A stretch of DNA of 10,523 bases. Origin: Candidatus Jordarchaeales archaeon. Its GTDB lineage: Archaea; Asgardarchaeota; Jordiarchaeia; Jordiarchaeales; Freyrarchaeaceae. Shown here one piece after another: positions 6,031 to 10,523 of this stretch. Numbering within the stretch: the stretch's first letter is position 1; each line of letters opens with the position of its first letter. The stretch is from positions 101,884 through 112,406 of the forward strand of contig JAWCFL010000004.1 in NCBI GenBank assembly GCA_038858525.1. The letters are read 5' to 3'. The position numbers were made by a program, and so were the translations under genes. The notes below the pieces were generated by a model. The model searched no databases, was not told where the DNA came from, and saw only the letters and a list, made by a program, of their open reading frames with translations.

Positions 6031-7194
6031 CTATTTTTCTTTCGCGGCGTGTTGCTCTATTATGGTCCACGAGTATATTGGCCCATATTTTTCCTCAGCT
6101 TTCTTATCATACTCCCCCTCTATCAGGGGTTTAGGATCCTTAAACACTAATCTAGTTATCATGGATGCCTCCATGGAGAATTTCGGGTAAAACTCTATGA
6201 ACTTCGACGACGGCTTAAGTGCTTCTTCGACATGTTTATAGTACTCTTCTAGGTTCGGCCTCCTTGTCGCCTCGAGAAAGAGCGCCATTAGTTTCTCGTC
6301 TTCGTTCCTTGGTGTGGTGTACTTTATGGATGCAGGTAGCATTCCTTGTATGACCCCATTCATATCGTTAATTATCAGCTTCAGCAGCCTTTGCCTAGTT
6401 TCAAAAGTCATTAGTAGTGGTTCGTTCACAGTCTGAAAGACAAAGTAGCCAGTGGTCTCGATGCCCCGCTTAAGAGCTGAGACCCCCCTGCTCACGAAGA
6501 GAAGTATCCCGCCTAAGCAGTGAGGCGAGTCCGTGCAGAACGTGTCAAATGACCCCTGAAGCTCCTCCGGGAGCGGGTGGACGAGGTTATGCTTGTACGT
6601 CTCTATTTCCAGCCCGTATTTTTCTGAGAGCTCTCTTATTCCCTCTAGGAGCCTTTCGTCTAAATCTACTACGACGACGCGCCTCGGTCTTCCTAGGAGA
6701 CTGCACGTGACGCTCAGGAAGTCATCATCCCCTATGAATATCATTTCTTTCCCATCAACATCTTGGAAAGACTGCATAAACGCGAATTTCCTCATTAGAC
6801 TGTCGCGATTTATTGGGAGTTGCGAGAACTCGTATATTATCCCCATATCCCTCTTTCTCAAAGTGTCTTCGAGCGATTCAGCCCTTGGGAAAGAATAAAC
6901 GGTTCCCCTAATTTCGAGCTCGACAAGTGACTTTACATCCCACTCAACTTTGGACGTGAGTCCGACAGTTAATCTTTCACTGTTAACTTTAAGCATACCC
7001 TTATAATACAGGAAACCTAGAGCAGCCATAACAGATAAAACTTCCATCTTGCACGCTATTCCCCCTATAGTGGTTTCTCCCTCAAGTATCCTGAGCAACC
7101 TCAGCACCTCATAAACCGTCAGGTTCGGATCGTCAGCCACGAAAGCCTTGCAAGCCTCTACCATTTCATTCACGAATTTCTCGTCTACTCTCAG
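6031..7194 (-). CDS. bpsA: Branched-chain polyamine synthase homologue (N4-bis(aminopropyl)spermidine synthase, DUF43); probable CTG start at 7194 (track start: GTG 7173)
   Basis: IFIGDDDFLS, VVVDLDERLL, PLPEELQGSFDTFCTD, FVSRGVSALK and GYF follow the Thermococcales BpsA pattern. SD GGAGGTGG (7207-7200) lies 5 nt before the in-frame CTG, which directly follows an in-frame TAG. Confidence 0.85.
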   Translation of the reverse strand: MRVDEKFVNEMVEACKAFVADDPNLTVYEVLRLLRILEGETTIGGIACKMEVLSVMAALGFLYYKGMLKVNSERLTVGLTSKVEWDVKSLVELEIRGTVYSFPRAESLEDTLRKRDMGIIYEFSQLPINRDSLMRKFAFMQSFQDVDGKEMIFIGDDDFLSVTCSLLGRPRRVVVVDLDERLLEGIRELSEKYGLEIETYKHNLVHPLPEELQGSFDTFCTDSPHCLGGILLFVSRGVSALKRGIETTGYFVFQTVNEPLLMTFETRQRLLKLIINDMNGVIQGMLPASIKYTTPRNEDEKLMALFLEATRRPNLEEYYKHVEEALKPSSKFIEFYPKFSMEASMITRLVFKDPKPLIEGEYDKKAEEKYGPIYSWTIIEQHAAKEK

Positions 7195-7223
7195 CTAAAC
7201 CACCTCCAGCTTCTCTCCAAGGA

Positions 7224-7254
7224 ACCTGAGCCACGCTTAACGCGTAGCCCAGGC
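7224..7254 (-). other. 13-bp intercistronic stem-loop between speD and bpsA
   Basis: Minus strand GCCTGGGCTACGC-GTTAA-GCGTGGCTCAGGT. Its three G-U pairs work only on the transcribed (-) strand. Confidence 0.6.
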
Positions 7255-7260
7255 GCTCAG

Positions 7261-7620
7261 TCATTCCTCCTCATCTATTAGTCCTCTTTTTATCTCGATT
7301 TCCATGTGGCGTCTAGCCCTCATTCTCGATATAATATGGCGGTAAGCCTCCCAGCACTTTCCAACGTCGCCGCAAGTGAATATGTCTATCGCCGCATACC
7401 CGTCCTCTGGCCAAGTGTGGATCGACACATGGGACTCTGATATCAAAATTATGCCGCTAACACCCACAGGCTCGAACTTGTGGAACTTCACGTCCAGAAC
7501 GTTTAGCCCAGCTATCTCTGTCGCCTCCATGAAAACTTCCTTGATAAATTCCAAGTCATCTAAAACCTCCGGGTCCGCGAAAACCTCACCTATAATGTGG
7601 TGTCCCCTAGGAACCATCAT
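7261..7620 (-). CDS. speD: S-adenosylmethionine decarboxylase proenzyme (class 1B, pyruvoyl-dependent)
   Basis: GHHIIGE, HKFEPVGVSG, self-cleavage motif ISESHVSIHTWPE, DIFTCG. SD GGAGGTG (7633-7627) lies 6 nt before ATG 7620, so the track start at 7629 falls inside the SD. The archaeal arginine-decarboxylase paralogue cannot be excluded from motifs alone. Confidence 0.9.
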   Translation of the reverse strand: MMVPRGHHIIGEVFADPEVLDDLEFIKEVFMEATEIAGLNVLDVKFHKFEPVGVSGIILISESHVSIHTWPEDGYAAIDIFTCGDVGKCWEAYRHIISRMRARRHMEIEIKRGLIDEEE

Positions 7621-7804
7621 CACTACCACCTCCCTTCACTTTTACGAGAAGAGAAGTGAAGGACTCCGCACGGGGCGGGGAGACAGCGGAAAGACGCACG
7701 AGGCGCAGAATGAGAAACATACTAACGGCTACCCAACCCCCAGATGGGGCGGTCACCGACTCACAAACCGCTGAGTAATTGGGTAGCCAAACTCGTAGTA
7801 CCAT
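7607..7804 (-). CDS. Possible 65-codon upstream ORF spanning the speD leader and overlapping the speD start out of frame
   Basis: ATG 7804 is preceded by AAGGGGAG, and the frame is open to TAG 7609-7607. No recognisable protein family, so translation is unproven. Confidence 0.3.
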   Translation of the reverse strand: MVLRVWLPNYSAVCESVTAPSGGWVAVSMFLILRLVRLSAVSPPRAESFTSLLVKVKGGGSDDGS

Positions 7805-7820
7805 CTCCCCTTAAGGGAAG
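7621..7820 (-). ncRNA. Structured 5' leader of speD (candidate riboswitch or attenuator)
   Basis: Perfect 10-bp helix GGCTACCCAA/TTGGGTAGCC (7788-7779 with 7736-7727) encloses three small hairpins. A 10-bp hairpin (7663-7654 with 7641-7632) overlaps the SD. A further hairpin lies at 7820-7805. Confidence 0.6.
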
Positions 7821-7855
7821 CGCAGGCTTTTTTAGCACCTAACCTAAAAACGTCT

Positions 7856-7870
7856 CAAAATATAAATATT
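7856..7870. promoter_or_regulatory. TATA element in the speD / FAH divergent region, readable on both strands
   Basis: The + strand reads CAAAA-TATAAATA and the - strand reads AATATTTATATTTT. Confidence 0.5.
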
Positions 7871-7891
7871 CCCCCCTCCCGGGCAGCAGAT

Positions 7892-7933
7892 ACGCTTCCA
7901 AAGTAAATTTTACACGCTTCTAAAGTAAATTTT
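7892..7933 (+). repeat. Two-copy 20-bp direct repeat with a 22-bp period
   Basis: ACGCTTCCAAAGTAAATTTT (7892-7911) and ACGCTTCTAAAGTAAATTTT (7914-7933), one mismatch. Confidence 0.85.
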
Positions 7934-7986
7934 TTTAGTTGTCTCCTCGCCTGAGGATACTAACAAGCTCTCTTTGAGGGAAAACT

Positions 7987-8886
7987 ATGAAGCTTGTCTG
8001 CTTCTTTCGTGATGGTGCTCAAAGGGTAGGCGTGCTGGTTGAAGGTGACGTAGTGGTTGACCTCTCCTTCCTACTTAAAGACGCAGTCAAAGAGCTAAAC
8101 ATGATCTCCATTTTGTCTGCCGGCGAGTCTCTCCTGGAGCGGATCCGTGAATTTGCTCTCTCCCTGTCGGACAAGCTTCAGGATGGCTTTTTGCGTGATA
8201 AGCGCATAGCCTATTCTCTCGCCGACGTGAAGTTAATGGCGCCCATCCCCAGACCGGGAAAAATAATATGTCTCGGGTTGAACTACTCTGACCACGCCGA
8301 GGAGGCAGGGTTGAAGCCCCCCGATGAACCGGTCCTCTTCTCTAAGCCAGCAACAGCTGTAGTTGGACACGACGACCCGGTAATATACCCGAGGGTTTCA
8401 AGCCAAGTCGACTACGAGGTAGAGCTGGCAGTCGTAATAGGAAAAAAAGGAAAAGACATCACTGAGGAGGACGCATACGAGTATGTGGCAGGGTACACCG
8501 TGTTTAACGACGTATCAGCTAGAGACATTCAGTTCAGGGGAATCCAGTGGTTTAGGGGAAAGAGCTTCGACACCTTCGCCCCCATGGGTCCATGCCTCAC
8601 ACTCAAGGACGAAATTCCAGACCCCCACAACCTGAAAATGCAAATGAGGATCAACGGCGAAGTCAGGCAGAAAGGCTCCACCAAGAACATGATATTCAAA
8701 ATTCCCTACCTACTATCATTCATATCAGCAGGAATGACGCTGGAGCCAGGCGACGTAATAGCAACAGGAACACCATCAGGCGTCGGCATATACTCGAAAC
8801 CCCAAAAACTACTGAAACCCGGAGACGTTATGGAAGCCACCATAGAAAAAATAGGAACACTCAGGAACAAAGTCGTCTCACCATGA
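7987..8886 (+). CDS. Fumarylacetoacetate hydrolase family protein (2-hydroxyhepta-2,4-diene-1,7-dioate isomerase / FAHD2-like)
   Basis: KIICLGLNYSDHAEE, FSKP, DYEVELAVVIGK, GYTVFNDVSARDIQ, GKSFDTFAPMGP, PGDVIATGTPSGVG. Confidence 0.95.
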   Translation: MKLVCFFRDGAQRVGVLVEGDVVVDLSFLLKDAVKELNMISILSAGESLLERIREFALSLSDKLQDGFLRDKRIAYSLADVKLMAPIPRPGKIICLGLNYSDHAEEAGLKPPDEPVLFSKPATAVVGHDDPVIYPRVSSQVDYEVELAVVIGKKGKDITEEDAYEYVAGYTVFNDVSARDIQFRGIQWFRGKSFDTFAPMGPCLTLKDEIPDPHNLKMQMRINGEVRQKGSTKNMIFKIPYLLSFISAGMTLEPGDVIATGTPSGVGIYSKPQKLLKPGDVMEATIEKIGTLRNKVVSP

Positions 8887-8950
8887 ATTAAAAAACACGG
8901 TTTTCCTTCACGAAAAAGAAACGAGCACTTAAAAAGACCCTTTACGAGTT

Positions 8951-10195
8951 TTAAACCTCCTTGCTGTTCTCTTTCTCAACCCTTCTTTTTTCAGCTTCAC
9001 GTTTTTCCCATCGGCTTGTCGTGAACACATAGGAAGCTGCGGCTAGAACGATCTGCCCGAAAGTGTAAGCTGCGGCGAACCCCATTAGCTGAAGCCAGCC
9101 TCCAAGCAAAACTATCCCTGCTATGTAAACGGCAAACATTGCTGCGTGACAAACCATAGCTAAGCCAGCCTTTTCCTTGCTGTAAAGCTCGCTCACCTTT
9201 ATGTACGCTATACTCGCCGGAACAACTGATAAACTGAGCACCTGAATCGCGCCAATACTTTCCTCAAAACTCTGAAAGACCAATTTAATAAAGTATGGCA
9301 CTACAATGATGCCTGCTAGGGTGACGAGTGCCGCTGCGGCAATGCCAAGCACCTCCACTTCTTTCCTGACTTTCCCTCCAGATTTTTCCGGAAGAAGAAA
9401 GCTGAACAGGCTTATAGGAACAATCATAAGCGCAGTGAGAAACTGGAAGGCAAGGTGATAGTTTCCCAAAGAATACATGCCGAACAAGGCTCCTATGACC
9501 ACCTTGTCTAAGCTCCCTATGGAAGCCGTGAACACGCTTGAGACCGCCGCTGGAAGGCAAAACCTCCACTTGGCGCGAACCTCGTTGAACGAAAGGTTAA
9601 ACTTAATAAGTCTGAAGTAGCCGTAGCCCGCAGCCAAGTAAGCGATGCTGTAGGCGAGAAGTATAACCTCCTCCAGCCAAGCCAGGAACCAGCCGGTGAA
9701 AGCAACGAAAAGATAGAATAAAACTAGGAGAGCGCACTGCCCCACCCTCATCCCCGTCATAATTAAAGCGTATTTCTTATACTCCTGTCTGCCTAGTGCG
9801 AAGTTGACGCTCATGCTAAACGCCGTCCCTCCGAAAATGATGAGTATCGCTGGTAGGAGGGGTGCGTCAAAGAAGACTACCGCCGCCAGAACAACGGTTG
9901 AAGCGGCGAAGTCCAGCAGGAAGCTTAAGGTCGCGGCTTGCCTCACGAACTCCAAGTTCTTCTCCTTAGGGTAAAACGTCACAATAGCGGTCTGCAATCC
10001 AAGAATAGTGAACGTAACCCCCACAAAGCCGACCGAAACATTATAACTCAAAACACCATAACTTTCAACGCACAGGATACGTGCCGCCAAAAAGAAAAAT
10101 AAGAATCCCAACCCGGCATTAGCAAAGTTTCCAATCGTAACGTAGATGAAGCCCTTTACCCTAAGCCCCTTCCTGATAAGCTCCAGCAACTCCAA
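8951..10195 (-). CDS. MOP-superfamily oligosaccharide flippase (Wzx/RfbX-like polysaccharide export protein)
   Basis: About 12 hydrophobic segments, ARIL..ESYG and DKVVIGALFG.YSLGNYHLAFQF motifs typical of polysaccharide biosynthesis transporters. TTG start with GGTGGTG SD. Confidence 0.85.
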   Translation of the reverse strand: MELLELIRKGLRVKGFIYVTIGNFANAGLGFLFFFLAARILCVESYGVLSYNVSVGFVGVTFTILGLQTAIVTFYPKEKNLEFVRQAATLSFLLDFAASTVVLAAVVFFDAPLLPAILIIFGGTAFSMSVNFALGRQEYKKYALIMTGMRVGQCALLVLFYLFVAFTGWFLAWLEEVILLAYSIAYLAAGYGYFRLIKFNLSFNEVRAKWRFCLPAAVSSVFTASIGSLDKVVIGALFGMYSLGNYHLAFQFLTALMIVPISLFSFLLPEKSGGKVRKEVEVLGIAAAALVTLAGIIVVPYFIKLVFQSFEESIGAIQVLSLSVVPASIAYIKVSELYSKEKAGLAMVCHAAMFAVYIAGIVLLGGWLQLMGFAAAYTFGQIVLAAASYVFTTSRWEKREAEKRRVEKENSKEV

Positions 10196-10237
10196 GCCGC
10201 ACCACCAGCCAAAACACCAGAGTCAAGAACTCAAACA

Positions 10238-10253
10238 ATATAAAAGGATTTTC
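10238..10253 (-). promoter_or_regulatory. BRE-TATA for the flippase gene
   Basis: Minus strand GAAAATCC-TTTTATAT, ~43 nt upstream of the TTG start at 10195. Confidence 0.5.
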
Positions 10254-10523
10254 ATGAGCTCATACATAGCCCCCCATCACACTCGCCCTCCCCCATTAAC
10301 CTGCAATACCCAAAGGAAAAATATTCCTTCTTCTTCCACTCTATGACTGCACACGTTAACAACCCATAGAACCTTCTAAGAGCGCTCGGCATCAATCACT
10401 GAGTTCACCTTCTAGTTGACTTTTTGTTAGGCTATTTTTGTTCACCACATAAAAGGACCTATGCTGTTCTGCGTAAATTTTTAAACCACAAGTCTTATGT
10501 TTCACATGTTCTTCTTACTATGT

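Noticed and set aside
7727-7788. tRNA or tRNA pseudogene interpretation of the cloverleaf-like fold
   Set aside because: The closing stem is 10 bp, there is no TTCRA T-loop, no D-loop GG and no 7-nt anticodon loop, and the length does not fit.
7831-7840. AGGTGCTAAA, resembling the SAM-I P3-J3/4 segment, upstream of speD
   Set aside because: It lies only ~20 nt below the TATA element, leaving no room for the 5' half of a SAM-I aptamer; the other conserved motifs are missing.
7892-7933. CRISPR array interpretation of the direct repeat
   Set aside because: Only two copies with a 2-bp gap, no spacers and no cas genes.
8592-9705. Alternative-frame ORFs within the FAH and flippase genes
   Set aside because: Overlap supported genes and have low-complexity, non-family translations.
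10252-10392. 46-codon minus-strand ORF (MPSALRRFYG...CMSS) upstream of the flippase, and plus-strand ORF 10146-10346
   Set aside because: The SD-like GAAGGTGA is poorly spaced, there is no recognisable motif, and the ORF abuts the flippase promoter; it cannot be supported without homologues.

Overview
Archaeal DNA, most likely a thermophilic Asgard archaeon. This is inferred from a Rab-like small GTPase, GGAGGTG-type Shine-Dalgarno (SD) sites, BRE/TATA promoters, a tungsten-type aldehyde:ferredoxin oxidoreductase and a branched-chain polyamine synthase homologue. Gene order: ssb (+); Rab-like GTPase (-); a divergent ~540-aa protein made of ~31 in-register 11-residue repeats plus a TrmB/PLD-like C-terminal domain (+); ferredoxin-aor operon (-); small winged-helix protein (+); speD-bpsA polyamine operon (-); fumarylacetoacetate-hydrolase-family gene (+); Wzx/MOP-type flippase (-). 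No rRNA, tRNA, CRISPR array or mobile element is supported. The most interesting signals are non-coding: (1) a ~200-nt structured speD leader with a multibranch fold, an alternative pairing, an RBS-overlapping hairpin and an overlapping 65-codon uORF, a candidate polyamine/SAM-responsive control element; (2) a long G-U-containing stem-loop upstream of ssb; (3) a weakly Moco/Wco-like leader before the ferredoxin-aor operon; (4) two apparent CTG starts behind strong SD sites. All RNA folds were paired by eye, and no database search was run.
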